A stretch of 64,000 nucleotides of DNA from Eledone cirrhosa (taxonomy: Eukaryota). Shown here piece by piece: positions 14,714 through 30,800 of the stretch. Numbering within the stretch: the stretch's first letter is position 1; every line of letters begins with the position of its first letter. The stretch covers positions 301,444,001 to 301,508,000 of the forward strand of contig OZ024741.1 of assembly GCA_964016885.1 (NCBI GenBank), in the 5' to 3' direction. The notes below the pieces were generated by a model, which made no database searches, was not told where the DNA came from, and saw only the letters and a list, made by a program, of their open reading frames with translations. The position numbers and the translations under genes were made by a program.

Positions 14714-15530
14714 TCACATAGACATATAGATACATACACACACAACTTACATACTCACGTATATATATATATATATAGATGTACCTTCATACATAGAATT
14801 AGATATATAATCATACATACATATGCACCTACTTATACTCATATATATAAATATATACGCTTCCATATATATGTATATACATAAAAAACAATACAACCTC
14901 ACCAAACTCAGACATACAAATAAAAATAATAATAAAAAGGCATATGTATATACATACACACACGCATTAATAGAGATATATATATATATACACATACATA
15001 CACACATATATATATATACACACATATATATACACATACATATATATATACATATACATATATATATATATATACACACACATAGACTCATACATATATA
15101 TATATATATATATATATAAACATATATATCCACACACTCATACCACCATAAATACACATACAAACACCCACATGCATATATATATATATATATCTATATA
15201 CACATACGTATATATATATACATATATATACATATATATATATATATACACACACATAAAAAACAGACATGCACATATATATATATATATATATATTTTA
15301 TTACCCTTATATATACACACATTACATATACATACACAACCTCACTTATACACATATACACATAAGTTATATTATAATAATAAAGAATAATATACATATA
15401 TATATATACATATACATATATATATATATATATATATACATACATACATACACATACATACATACACATAAATATATATATACATAAATACACACATACG
15501 AATAAAGATATATATTCACACATAGACACC

Positions 15531-15567
<37 letters not shown>

Positions 15568-16770
15568 ATATACATATATACACATATATATATATATATA
15601 TATATACACATACACACACACACACACACACAGACACACATACACACTCACATATATATATATATGTGTGTATGTGTGTGTGCGCACATACACATATATA
15701 CACACACACATACAAACACACACAAACACATACATATGCATACGTGCACACACACACACATATATCACATAGATACGAAGATAAACATATAAATAGAGAG
15801 ACATACATATATATACACAACACACATATACATACACATACATACACGCATATACATATACATACATATATACACATATATATATTCCTATATATACAAG
15901 CATACACATACATACACATATATACACATATATACACATATACATACAACACATTCACATACACATACATATATAATGCATATATATACATATATATACA
16001 TACATATGTATGTACAATCATATATACACACACAATCTTACATTCATATTTGCATGCTCATATATGTATTTTTATATTTAGATATAAATACCCAAATCTA
16101 TATAGACACCTACCTACACATATATTCATACATAGACGCTTACAAATACAGATGATAATAGTATGGGGGAAAGGGGGGGTTTGGAGAAGGGGATCAAAGT
16201 AAATATATGTTTCGAGAAACATATAATATTTTCCGTATCTTAATTCAATGTATGTTCTTACATATTTTCAGTGCTAGGAAATACGAAATCTATGCATCTC
16301 AAAATAAATAAGTATACCATTAATCATATGTTAACTAAACCAAAGATAGTCAACATATTGATTTCTAAGGTGTAAATTAGTTAGGTTTATAATATTTGAA
16401 GCAGAATTTTGAAGTCAAACAGTAGTAGATTATTAATTACAGTATAACTAAATTAAAGTTAATAACGTTATGGTATCAATATTAGGAGATGAATTTAGTA
16501 ATAGGGAAAAGAAACCCAAATAAAAATAAAATAAAGTATTACATCGGTAGTAGCATATAAATTATATGTTAACTAAATTAAAAATTATATATTTATTTCA
16601 ATAGTATACGTTAATTAGTATATGTTAATTAGGTATACAATACATAAAGCAGATATTGTATTTCATCAATAGCATAATATAATTATATGCAAATAGAAAT
16701 CAAAATTAATACGCATACATATACATATACATACACATACACATATACATACATATACACACATATATAC

Positions 16771-16801
<31 letters not shown>

Positions 16802-17326
16802 CACATATATACATACATACAGATACACATACACAACACACACATATACATACTCATATACATATACATATCTTTTTCAAAAAATTGCACAGAATATTAA
16901 CTAGGTATATATCCAAAACACATCCCATTCTATGATTACATGACATTCTGCAATTCGTCTGTATAAGGATACTAATTTTAAGCAAATTAAAATTAAAATT
17001 TTTAGGTTGATTAAAACTAAAACCAAATAATAAATATATTTCCAAAATGTATATTAATTAGGTCTATAATACTAAAAATTATTTCTCCGTCATTGGAAAC
17101 ATGATATTATTTTGCTATATTTTATCTGTAAAAGAATTATAATAAAAGGTTTAAATAAATTAAAATTAATCTATAAATTAAATTACTAAGTATATATTAG
17201 TAATATTTAAAGGTTTTTCACAATTTATGATTACATAATATTTTCTCATCTGTAATAAAATATTAATTAAATTAAATTTATAGGTTAACTAACATTTAAA
17301 TTAAATTAATATCTAGAATAATGTTA

Positions 17327-18860
17327 TTAATTAGGTTTATAATATTTAAATGTTTTTTTTAGTTTATGATTACACGATATAATTAATTCCTGTCGTTTAT
17401 TTAATAAGATATCCTTAGACTTCATTATTTCAAATAGTTCTTGGGAACATAATCTACATTCCTTTCTATTATTTTGATAAGGGGTGGCTCTTTTGAGCAC
17501 ACTCCAGGTCAAATCATATTTTATATTCTTATTTTTATAACTATTGATTTTTTCTGCTAGAGATGTTGTATTAGCCAGTGCGGCATTTTTAAAACTATGC
17601 TTGTGGGTATTAAACCTTGTCTTAAAATTGTTAGAGGTAGCTCCTATATATGAGCAAATAGAATCTTTAGTTTTAACATTACATTTATAGACTATGTTGT
17701 TAACAAGACAATTCCCTTTTAATGGGCAGTTTGTTTTGTTTCTACAGTTACATCCTTTCGTTAATTCTGTATTTGAGGAGATATTATTGTTAATTTGATG
17801 TACTGGTGGTATACTTATGGTTTTCTTACATTTATATGCATTATATGCACTTATATTTTGTTTTATGTTATTTGTTGTAGAGTATGAGAATTTAACTGTA
17901 GACCTATTTAAGATTTGATGGTATTTGTGGTTTGGCGGGAAGTTTTTCTCAAGGATATAAAAAAATTTTTTAGCAATATTATCCTTAACTTGTAAATTAA
18001 AAGGAGCATTATACCAAGTAACTCGTCTATTACGGTTTCTATGTTGTTTATTATTTTTATTATTTTTATAGGTTGTATCATGATTTTTACTAGGAGGATT
18101 AATGTTAATGATCTCACCACAACTATTTTTAGTTATATTTGTAGATTTAGGTGTTTTATCTTTTTTATTAGGAGTTTTATTATTAATATTTATTATAGTT
18201 GTATGATGAGTAGTTTTTTGAGGGTTACTATACTTTATATTAGAAGATTTAGTATTTTGGGGTATATTGTGGGTGGCATTTAGGTGTGTACTTTTCATTT
18301 GGTGTTTGTTGGTAATATTATGCTGTATGTTTTCAGTATTTTTAGTAGAAGGTATATACTCTAATCTATTTTTGTGGCCACTTCTATCTAGAGCTTCATT
18401 ATAAAAGGTCGCATTTTTATCAAATACATCTTGGTTAGAAGAAAGGTTAGAAATTCTAAGTGATATATTATATGCAAGGTTTTTAAGGATAGATTTAGGG
18501 TGATTAGATTGTGAGTGTATGTAATGTAAGTTTTGGTTAGGTTTATGGTAAGGTTGGTATATACCCGTAGCTAAATCTAAAGTTATATCTAGGAAATTTA
18601 CTACTTTACTTGTTTTTTCAAAAGTAATATTAAGATTATAATAGTCTTTAAGGAAAGTTCTAATATGTTTTTTGTTTTTTTCGATTTCTGAAAGGCTAAG
18701 GTTGTTAGAAAGAAGAAGACAGTCATCACGATATAAACCACCTTTGAGGTGGGGAAAAGAGGCATTTATGTTGAAAAGGAGAAAGAGGCCCACAAGATCA
18801 GTAATTTGGGCGGAATCGCTTGAACCCATAGTAATATCAAAAAGATTACTGTATGTGTTT
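17327..18860 (-). CDS. 5'-truncated but uninterrupted Naiad RT (C-terminal part) + GIY-YIG endonuclease
   Basis: 518-aa ORF with FDITMGSSDSAQITDLVGLF, GLYRDDCL, VNFLDITLDL, WYNAPF, CNCRNKTNCPLKGNC, VYKC...YIGAT..FKTRFNTH, CRLC and LLNKRQE. The listed start lies in the inverted arm and is not genuine. Confidence 0.9.
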
Positions 18861-18861
18861 T

Positions 18862-19250
18862 GGAATTGTCTTGTTAACAACATAGTCTATAAATGTAATG
18901 TTAAAACTAAAGATTCTATTTGCTCATATATAGGAGCTACCTCTAACAATTTTAAGACAAGGTTTAATACCCACAAGCATAGTTTTAAAAATGCCGCACT
19001 GGCTAATACAACATCTCTAGCAGAAAAAATCAATAGTTATAAAAATAAGAATATAAAATATGATTTGACCTGGAGTGTGCTCAAAAGAGCCACCCCTTAT
19101 CAAAATAATAGAAAGGAATGTAGATTATGTTCCCAAGAACTATTTGAAATAATGAAGTCTAAGGATATCTTATTAAATAAACGACAGGAATTAATTATAT
19201 CGTGTAATCATAAACTAAAAAAAACATTTAAATATTATAAACCTAATTAA
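18862..19250 (+). pseudogene. Inverted duplicate of the GIY-YIG domain (start of inverted arm)
   Basis: Translation is identical to the C-terminus of 17327-18883, from NCLVNNIVYKC to FKYYKPN. Confidence 0.92.
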
Positions 19251-19775
19251 TAACATTATTCTAGATATTAATTTAATTTAAATGTTAGTTAACCTATAAA
19301 TTTAATTTAATTAATATTTTATTACAGATGAGAAAATATTATGTAATCATAAATTGTGAAAAACCTTTAAATATTACTAATATATACTTAGTAATTTAAT
19401 TTATAGATTAATTTTAATTTATTTAAACCTTTTATTATAATTCTTTTACAGATAAAATATAGCAAAATAATATCATGTTTCCAATGACGGAGAAATAATT
19501 TTTAGTATTATAGACCTAATTAATATACATTTTGGAAATATATTTATTATTTGGTTTTAGTTTTAATCAACCTAAAAATTTTAATTTTAATTTGCTTAAA
19601 ATTAGTATCCTTATACAGACGAATTGCAGAATGTCATGTAATCATAGAATGGGATGTGTTTTGGATATATACCTAGTTAATATTCTGTGCAATTTTTTGA
19701 AAAAGATATGTATATGTATATGAGTATGTATATGTGTGTGTTGTGTATGTGTATCTGTATGTATGTATATATGTG

Positions 19776-19818
<43 letters not shown>

Positions 19819-21857
19819 GTGTATATGTATGTATATGTGTATGTGTATGTATATGTATATGTATGCGTATTAATTTTGATTTCTATTTGCATATAATTAT
19901 ATTATGCTATTGATGAAATACAATATCTGCTTTATGTATTGTATACCTAATTAACATATACTAATTAACGTATACTATTGAAATAAATATATAATTTTTA
20001 ATTTAGTTAACATATAATTTATATGCTACTACCGATGTAATACTTTATTTTATTTTTATTTGGGTTTCTTTTCCCTATTACTAAATTCATCTCCTAATAT
20101 TGATACCATAACGTTATTAACTTTAATTTAGTTATACTGTAATTAATAATCTACTACTGTTTGACTTCAAAATTCTGCTTCAAATATTATAAACCTAACT
20201 AATTTACACCTTAGAAATCAATATGTTGACTATCTTTGGTTTAGTTAACATATGATTAATGGTATACTTATTTATTTTGAGATGCATAGATTTCGTATTT
20301 CCTAGCACTGAAAATATGTAAGAACATACATTGAATTAAGATACGGAAAATATTATATGTTTCTCGAAACATATATTTACTTTGATCCCCTTCTCCAAAC
20401 CCCCCCTTTCCCCCATACTATTATCATCTGTATTTGTAAGCGTCTATGTATGAATATATGTGTAGGTAGGTGTCTATATAGATTTGGGTATTTATATCTA
20501 AATATAAAAATACATATATGAGCATGCAAATATGAATGTAAGATTGTGTGTGTATATATGATTGTACATACATATGTATGTATATATATGTATATATATG
20601 CATTATATATGTATGTGTATGTGAATGTGTTGTATGTATATGTGTATATATGTGTATATATGTGTATGTATGTGTATGCTTGTATATATAGGAATATATA
20701 TATGTGTATATATGTATGTATATGTATATGCGTGTATGTATGTGTATGTATATGTGTGTTGTGTATATATATGTATGTCTCTCTATTTATATGTTTATCT
20801 TCGTATCTATGTGATATATGTGTGTGTGTGTGCACGTATGCATATGTATGTGTTTGTGTGTGTTTGTATGTGTGTGTGTATATATGTGTATGTGCGCACA
20901 CACACATACACATATATATATATATATGTGAGTGTGTATGTGTGTCTGTGTGTGTGTGTGTGTGTGTATGTGTATATATATATATATATATATATGTGTA
21001 TATATGTATATAGATATATATATATATATATATATGTAGGTGTCTATGTGTGAATATATATCTTTATTCGTATGTGTGTATTTATGTATGTATATATTTA
21101 TGTGTATGTATGTATGTGTATGTATGTATGTATATATATATATATATATATATGTATATGTATATATATATATGTATATTATTCTTTATTATTATAATAT
21201 AACTTATGTGTATATGTGTATAAGTGAGGTTGTGTATGTATATGTAATGTGTGTATATATAAGGGTAATAAAATATATATATATATATATATATGTGCAT
21301 GTCTGTTTTTTATGTGTGTGTATATATATATATATATGTATATATATGTATATATATATACGTGTGTGTATATAGATATATATATATATATATGCATGTG
21401 GGTGTTTGTATGTGTATTTATGGTGGTATGAGTGTGTGGATATATATGTTTATATATATATATATATATATATATGTATGAGTCTATGTGTGTGTATATA
21501 TATATATATATGTATATGTATATATATATGTATGTGTATATATATGTGTGTATATATATATATATGTGTGTATGTATGTGTATATATATATATATCTCTA
21601 TTAATGCGTGTGTGTATGTATATACATATGCCTTTTTATTATTATTTTTATTTGTATGTCTGAGTTTGGTGAGGTTGTATTGTTTTTTATGTATATACAT
21701 ATATATGGAAGCGTATATATTTATATATATGAGTATAAGTAGGTGCATATGTATGTATGATTATATATCTAATTCTATGTATGAAGGTACATCTATATAT
21801 ATATATATATACGTGAGTATGTAAGTTGTGTGTGTATGTATCTATATGTCTATGTGA

Positions 21858-21903
<46 letters not shown>

Positions 21904-21992
21904 CGATGTGCGTATATGTATGTACATGTATGTACATGTATGTGTGTATGTATGTGTATGTATATTTAGATGTATGTGTATGTATGTGTATA

Positions 21993-22057
<65 letters not shown>

Positions 22058-22876
22058 ATATATATATATATGGATATATATCTTTATTATCTATTTTTTA
22101 TATATATGTGTATGTGTGTATGTGTTGCGCGTGTGTGTGTGTATATATATATCTTTTTATATGTGTATGTGTATGTTCGTGTAAGTGTATGTGTGTGTAT
22201 GACTGTATATGTATGTGTGTATATGTGTATGCGTAAATATCTCTATGTGCGCGTACATGTATGTATGTGTGTATATATATCTGTATGTGTATGTATATTA
22301 TTTTATATTTTATTGTTTTATTTTTTTATTTTTCTTAATTTATAGATACATTTATATTAGGCAGTCTGCTCAGACAATTGAATACTGACCCTTCCCCCTC
22401 CTCCCCCCCTCCCACCTAATTTCTGTATCTTGATCTTGAAATGTGTGTGCCAGTGTTTTATGTGAGTGATTTAATTTCTATGTGCTTATGATTTTATATC
22501 CACATATATAAATGTGAGTGGGGGAGTGTGTGTGTTTGTATGTTCGTGGTTATGTGTATATTTAGGCATATACGCGCATGTATGTGTGATTATACTGATA
22601 TGTGTGAGTATGAAAAAATATATTTATATGCTTGACTCCATAAGTATCAATGCACATCTTATCAGCGCATTAAGCTTACAGAGATATTAACCTTGAAATT
22701 TTGTGTTTGCATCCATCTTTTTAGTATGCGTATACAAATTATACACACATTTTTGTAAAATATGTGTAAGGATTTTACATGTATATACACACACCGAACT
22801 GCTTTTAACCCTTTGTGTTTTCATTGGTCAATTTTGAACTGATATTTTGAATTGTTGTTATTATCAATAAATATAC

Positions 22877-23031
22877 TTCATTATTTCTGAAGACGGCGTA
22901 TATATGTGTTAGGTATGTATATTTAATCTTGATAATTTGTATAATTTTGTATAATTTTGTACATAGATCTGTTGAATATGCATACCAATTATAACACATA
23001 TATACCCTAGAAACGATCGTTAAATAATGAA
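22877..23031 (+). ncRNA. Hammerhead ribozyme with about 116-nt stem II insertion (GUU triplet)
   Basis: ttcattattt-CTGAAGA-cggcgtatatatgtgtta...taacacatatatacccta-GAAAC-gatc-GTT-aaataatgaa. Stem I is a perfect 10 bp and stem III is the palindrome CGATCG. Confidence 0.8.
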
Positions 23032-23077
23032 CTTTTTTTGTTTAATATAAGGAATTGTTTTATTCATTATTTGTTTA

Positions 23078-23352
<275 letters not shown>

Positions 23353-24247
23353 GTTATCTATGTTGGAAACCTTGCGAGAGATAGAATAAGTTATAGAAAC
23401 CTGAAAAAGATTTCCAGGTTTGATTACATTGATTGTGCATTGAAATGCTTATCTAAAGCACAATCTATTACCTCCCTGTCTATATACGTAAAAACTGCAA
23501 CACCGAAGCTACTGGACGCAGATTGTAAAGATCAATGTTCATATTAAGTAAAATCTGTTATTTGAATATTTCATATGTAGTTCTTCATGAAGTAATTCAA
23601 AGTTACAATAATCTACAAATACACCGCTTTATCATAAATACATTAGTGTGTTAAACCGTTTTTAAAGACATGATGCTTTAATTTGAGGAATATGTTTCAG
23701 TTAAACCTTGTTGGTGCAATTCTTTAATCAAAGTTATGCAAGCTGTGATCATACAGTCGTTCTAGGGGTAAGTTCCTCTACACAAACTATGACGTCTTAC
23801 TTCGTCGAGTTTTAGTGCTATTTCTAGCAGATCAGCTGAAGACATTGACTCGTACACACTGGTTCATAATAGGCATAATTATTATATCTTTCAGCGCCTG
23901 AACAGGCTTGATTAAAAACTTATTTCCATACGTTTTGGGGTTTTAGAACATGAATTTACATAAATGATGTCATATATGCTCAAAGGAACAAACAAATCAG
24001 TTATTAAACTTCGTAAAGACGTGGTCATTTTGAAATCGTGTAGCAGGATAGAAGACTTAAGCTGCTACTGACGATAATAGGTGAGAGATTTCCGTGACAA
24101 GCACTATAAAAAAATATACATATGAAGATTTCAGGTACATAGTATTTGTCAATATTTTCATCGCTGAGGAACACGTTTATGAAAAACATATACGAGTAAG
24201 CCACCTGTACGACAATATAATAAATATACTCACAAGGTAGAAAAAAC

Positions 24248-24417
24248 TGGAGGGTCGGATGCCATCCTTTGCATCATAGAGTTACGGCCCTTTGCGGTCT
24301 GAGTTCAAATCCTGCCGAAGTTAACTTTGCCTTTCATTCTTATGGGGTCGATAAAATAAAATACCAGTAATGCACTGGTATAATTGCCGGCCTTGTGCCA
24401 AAAGTAGAAACAATTAT
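24248..24417 (+). mobile_element. Deu/Nin-type tRNA SINE
   Basis: GAGTTCAAATCC...CTTTGCCTTTCATTCTTATGGGGTCGATAAAAT...GTAGAAACAATT. Confidence 0.85.
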
Positions 24418-24993
24418 TACTCTCTCATACTTTAACGAAACTAATTTGCAGGTCTTTGAGTAAAACATTTAGCAAGTATAAACCCACAATAAATAGTTCA
24501 TTAACAATCTCTTGATCATACGCGTACCATCACCAGAACATTATTGCACGTAGATCACAAAATACATAATTTCAAACATTTCAATACAATGAAAATGAAG
24601 AAAGTGAAATTGAGGAAATTATTTCTCAATGCTGAATGTGAATAATTAAGCAATGTAAATAAAATTGTGAATAAAAATTAAGATTTTTAATATATTTCGA
24701 CTTTAGCATTGTTTCTAATGTAAAATTTTGAAACACATTTTGGCATTTTTTCTACTCAATTTAGCATAACATTTTTATTTTATATTAGCATCACCATTTT
24801 TTTGGATAGTTAGGTCTCGCAGAGCATACCACAACGACAAATCGGCATATTCATGAAGCCAATTATATGTATATATGTGTGTGTGTGTTAAATCCGAATA
24901 TCGATTAAAGTTGTTTATCATCTTTTTATTAAATTTACTGGGATTTTCATATATTCTGGCATGTTTACATGCCTATATAGTAGATATGTGTAC

Positions 24994-25363
<370 letters not shown>

Positions 25364-25364
25364 C

Positions 25365-25415
<51 letters not shown>

Positions 25416-25699
25416 TGCATATATATGTATATATATATATAGAGAGAGAGAAATATATATATTTTATACATACATATATATATATGTCGTCAGCAGAAAA
25501 TGAACACAAAGGCTGGTATATAAGACCAACAGACTCTATTTCGTCATGAAATTTCACACATTAATATGTTAGTGCACTTTTAATCCCAGTTTGTACAACA
25601 GGCTCGAAGCCCTCACTGTTGGTAAGATGCTTGTGAGATGATAATGCAATAAAGAATTAATAGGAAATTCTACTGGTGTCTTTCAACAAAAACAGATTT

Positions 25700-27060
25700 A
25701 AATACATAAAAATGGTGATGCTAATATAAAATAAAAATGTTATGCTAAATTGAGTAGACAAAATGCCAAAATGTGTTTCAAAATTTTACATTAGAAACAA
25801 TGCTAAAGTCGAAATATATTAAAAATCTTAATTTTTATTCACAATTGTATTTACATTGCTTAATTATTCACATTCAGCATTGAGAAATAATTTCCTCAAT
25901 TTCACTTTCTTCATTTTCAGCTTCAACCTCTGGTCTTGATGTTTGTATACATCAAAGGTCTCAATCTTATTAAATATAGCTTTTGGAATGTCAAAGGTTT
26001 TGAAGCATTTGTCATATCTTTTTAGGCCATATTTTACAGAGAGTATTGACCCAAACACTGAAAGCTGCATTTTGCTTTCCAGTTTTGATTTGATTATACT
26101 CATGCTGTTAAACAACCGATATAATTCAGCAGTTTAGTTTGACAACATAAATAGATTAATGGCAAATTTTGCAACATCTCTAAAGGGATTTCCTTCAGTG
26201 TCATTTTTATAATCGAAAACTTCTAACCGGAATGCCTCAGTATTAGATGTATTTGTCCATTTAACTAAATGGATGCTACTAAATTGAATTTGAATTGAAG
26301 CAATGTTTTCTGTATTTAAAGACAGGCGAATTAAGCTCTTTTAATCTTTCAAAGTATTCTCTACAGAAAAAAACATTTGATATTCCTCAATATATTTAAG
26401 TTTTTTGTCAAACGTTGCTTGGGCTCTTTATAAAGTGAGAGTAAAAAATTTGCTCTTTTACGAATATTATTTTCTTCGGTAACTGTTAAAATTTTCTTGA
26501 TCATCAATTCTGCTATCTTTCATTCGAAACTGTAGCCTAAATTTGGTTTAGGATTAAAACATTTTTCAATATAAGCATCAGCATCAAGAGGATCATTTCT
26601 ATCATATTAGCAACAGATTTGATCAAATTTGAAATATCTTCAAGTAATTTTGTTTTGTCAACAGTGTTTGATTGAAACAGTTTAGTCACTTTCTGAACAT
26701 ATTTTAAAATTGGATGCAAAAATAAAAAGCATAGTTCCTTCCTAGAATCACAAACCATAAAGTGCTATAAAGCAGTTTTCTTTCGTAGTTTGGAAGTGAG
26801 TTTATAGTTCTAACCATTAGCTTAACAACCGATTCCAATGACTAGTTCCAAGTCTCCTAGTTGCACAAAAATTCACACTCTTTAAGGGCTCCTTATCATA
26901 GATAGCAAAGTGATGTTTCTTGTAGGCCTTGTCTAGTTGAAAAATGGAAAGACCATTTATAGGTTTCGGATACTAAACATTCTAAGTTTCTGGGCAGCCA
27001 TTCGACACAATCATGGGATGCTGCCGACTGTAAAGAATGACATACACATTTAAATAGAAA
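25700..27060 (-). pseudogene. hAT-like DNA transposase relic
   Basis: Minus strand reads KCVCHSLQSAAS...LPRNLECLVSETYKW (CxxH motif) and LCFLFLHPILKYVQKVTKLFQSN, with many stops and frameshifts. Confidence 0.65.
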
Positions 27061-28044
27061 TAATGATGGAACTTGTAAAGTACTGGTATCGAGTTAAGCG
27101 ACTTTCCCCTACCCGAAAATTGCTGGCCTTGTGCCTATGTTAGAAACAATTGAAATGATGAGGAGAATAAGAGAAATAAAGACTATAACAATGGAATTGC
27201 GGTGATAATACCAAGGATTATAATTCTTTTAATAACAATGGTAATGGTGACAATCACAATAATGACACAGAGGTGCATTGTTACTGTAATTCCGTTATGA
27301 TAAAAACATCAACTGCAACAGCAATGAAAATAAGCCCAACTTCAACAAAAGTAACAGCGAATACAATAGCACTAACAAACCAACTTATCTAACTCTTCTG
27401 AATAAGAACAAATGCAAAACAATAATCGGGAAAGAAAAGAACGTGAAAATGATAAAATATTGATAATTATAAAATTCTCCCTTGATAATCTGACTTGAAA
27501 TTTTAGAAATTAAAATATCGAAATTGAAATGTTTTGTGTAAAACGAACTGAAAGCTATCATCTACTTGATAATCAGTATTCTTCTAAGGTGTTTTTAAAC
27601 AAATTCAATGTATTGATCAAACTGTATTTATGATTAAATTCTGAAAAATGTAATATTCATATCAACAAGCGTACAAAAGCATTAGGTCTAGACGAATTTA
27701 CTTTATTATTCCGGTTTTGTTTTAAGAAGTGGACTAAAGATAAAATATAACAAAGATAAATTAATATAGAAACACAAAGACTAATCTAAAATATGATAAC
27801 GAAAAGTATTGTTAAATTTTTTCGTTGAGAATCGTGGTATTTCTTTTCACTGCGCATGTGTCGTAGAGAAAGTAGATCTGCTGAAAATCAAAATACATTC
27901 ACTTTTATGAATCTGAAATGTTTTCACTATTCTGTTGAAATTAAGATGCATAGTTTACTTCGTTGTTTTTTTTGTTTTTTTTTTGTTTTTTTTTACTTAT
28001 TATGTCTGAATGAAATAGATGTCATTATTGTTGCTTTTATAAGG

Positions 28045-28266
28045 GCAGTTGATTTGCAGTATCAGTAGAGCGTCGGACCCCATGATTTGCGACATAGAGT
28101 CACAGCCCTTTACGTTCTGATTACAAATCCCGTCGAGGTTAGCTTTACTTTTCATCCTTGTGAGGTCGATAAAATAAAGTACTGGAAATGCACTGGAGTC
28201 GATTTAATCGACTTTCCCTTCCCATTCAAATTGCTGGCCTTGTGCCTAAAGTAGAAACAATTATTA
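28045..28266 (+). mobile_element. Deu/Nin-type tRNA SINE (diverged)
   Basis: ctttcatccttgtgaggtcgataaaataaagtac...ttgctggccttgtgcctaaagtagaaacaatt. Confidence 0.8.
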
Positions 28267-28649
28267 TAGCTTTCATAGCATCATGCATAGAGAAGAAATT
28301 TCCAAGAAATATTCAAATAGTTATTCGAAATAAACATTTTTCGTGGTTTCTAAATGTTTACTGTCAGTAGAATTCCAATTTACTTAAAGAACAAAATAAA
28401 GTACCTCCTCCGTTAGGAATGATATGTCTAGGAAACGTTTCATGTAAGTATTTAAATTATGATTTCGGGCATCTATTTTTCAAAGGCAGTTTAATACTAT
28501 CAGAATGGCAAATCCTTGTGTTGGCCTCTACCAATGAAAGAGAAATATTAAAATATGTAAAGGAAATATGTCGTCAAGCCACTTAAATGACCAGAAATAA
28601 ATATTTTGTGAAATAACAAGTGACATAATTTTTTATTATAGTAGCATTA

Positions 28650-29415
28650 ATATACATCACCTCGTGTAGGCAGTCGTTGATGAACTGCCTAGCGCCGTAT
28701 GTGGCTCATGAAACCCACTAGCTCCGCAGACAACAAACACTACAGAGATTAGATCACCACCTATTTTAGAGGCGACGGATCTGAAGATGACTCTGGTAGT
28801 AAACCTTCTGAAGACTTTACCCATTGCAGAGCGATCATGTTGGTCAAACAGTAGAGGTCTAAGCTATAAGGGACCATGGCACTCTTAATGAACCGGTTAG
28901 TAAGCGTATGCATCAGGTGTCGCCTGGTCATATCAATGAGGGGAGACATCAAGTCTTTCAGGTGACCAGGTCAGAGATCATCGGTCTCTCCGCTTCTGCT
29001 GTCGGGGAAATATATCATGGCGGGCAAGATTTCTACTTTCAGGCCACATATAGTGGATGAGGATAAGGTGGAGGTGTGGGTTTCAAGTCAGTGAGTAGTT
29101 GAGTATGCTTGAGCGAAAGAGCAGTCAATACCTCCACGGTTGAGTAGATAACAGTGTCACCGGAGGAGATTTCTCTGTCAGCGGCCGAGACATTACCCTC
29201 CATTAGTTTGGCATTTACGTGGTCGTGTAAATGGTTTGAGCTAGCATCAGTAGTGGAGGCCACGGGCATGTATAGGAACTGAGGGTAGTGTGGCTGAGCA
29301 TACGGAATGAGCGCCTGACTGAAGGTCGAAATATTGACTTTGACTAATGCCGCTGCCGACAGGCCAGCTCGACGGTCAACACAGCTGGGCTGTGGATTGT
29401 TCGGAGTCAATCCAT
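28650..29415 (-). pseudogene. CRE-like (RLE-type) non-LTR retrotransposon RT N-terminal relic
   Basis: KLMEGNVSAADREISS...VLTALSLKH and FPDSRSGETDDL*PGHLKDL resemble the SxGGPDGLRPxHLKDL motif. Confidence 0.6.
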
Positions 29416-30643
29416 TTTGTGGATGTGAAGAATAAATTTAATATTCTTTTAAGATTTGAAAGTGTCTTTGGTTTTACATCATTCTTTACTTGCGCATTAA
29501 ACAGATAAGGATCTGCAAGAAAGAAAAATTAAATCTCTTCTTCTAAGTTTTATGAATTTTTTTCCAATGTTATTTGTTGTGCTTTGTTTAAGGATAATTA
29601 TTAAATAGTGAACAGAGTAAATAATAAATAGATATGTTTAGATAGAAAGAGGATCCTTGGGCAGTAATATATTTTTATTTCACATATATTCTATTTTGTC
29701 TAACCCATGTGTGGCCTCTATATTTCAGAGTATCATTAAAACGTTGAAATACATCAAACGTGTTTCGAAGCAAAATAATACATTTTGTACAAAAGTTGAA
29801 TCCTTTTCCCTTAATTCATTATTACATATAAATTGTTTACTTCTGTATATGAAACAAATCAAATTGAGAAAATTGAAAGCATTTCAATTAATAGCGCAGA
29901 AAAACATAAAATAACGGCTAAAATTATTTACTAGAAATCAAGAAACCAAGAATAAATTGATCTAGCAACTGGATTAAATATAATTATAAGCATTTCATCT
30001 AGCTTCATATGTCACTCGTTTTATTGAATATACACAAAACACAACTCTCAGCAGAAATATACTTATGGATTAGAAAATATACATCGTCAAAATATATTCA
30101 AACCGTGTATCACGTCAATGATACAAAAGTGCTATTATGTTGCAAGTTTCATTTCCTTATTTTGTTATTACTTGAAGTACATTAACAATTAAAGAAACAT
30201 GTGATTTCATTCGCTAAATCATTGCATGTTGATAACTTCAAAATGCAACGTTATTTTAATTCATCACCTCTTATCTGAATGCATTAATTGTATTTCAAAA
30301 TCAAACCTAGCAATTGAAACTATATCGAGTTGAATAAAAACTATATTAATTTGAAATATTCTTTAGGGCAAAAGTACTGATAAAAATACTAATAATATTA
30401 GAAGCATAAGGAACTTTTAGCAAAAGTGATTTTAACTTTAGCACATGGATTTAATTGGGTTTATATGATTACATGTTCATGACGAATTTCCACAAAACTG
30501 ATTATTTTTTCGTGGACCTGAAAATAAAGGAGAGAGAATTCACACGAAATACTAACTAACAGCATAGAGATATGAAAATATATATCAGATGGCATTTAAT
30601 CTTGGGTCACAACTTGTAATTAAATTCCAACTTTACTGCCATT

Positions 30644-30682
<39 letters not shown>

Positions 30683-30800
30683 TGTGTGTGTGTGTGTGTG
30701 TGTAGAAATTTCGTATTTCTAAAGGAGTACGGTTTTAGGAAGCCGTAGCTATGCAAACACCGGGGGGCTAACGCCTCTGGTGGTGTCCAGCAGAAGCAAG

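Noticed and set aside
17327-18883. Selenoprotein-type Naiad (in-frame UGA at conserved Cys plus SECIS), as reported for some Naiads
   Set aside because: The conserved CxC...CPL...C and CxLC positions that I could read are ordinary Cys codons in this copy and the others. I saw no in-frame TGA at those sites.
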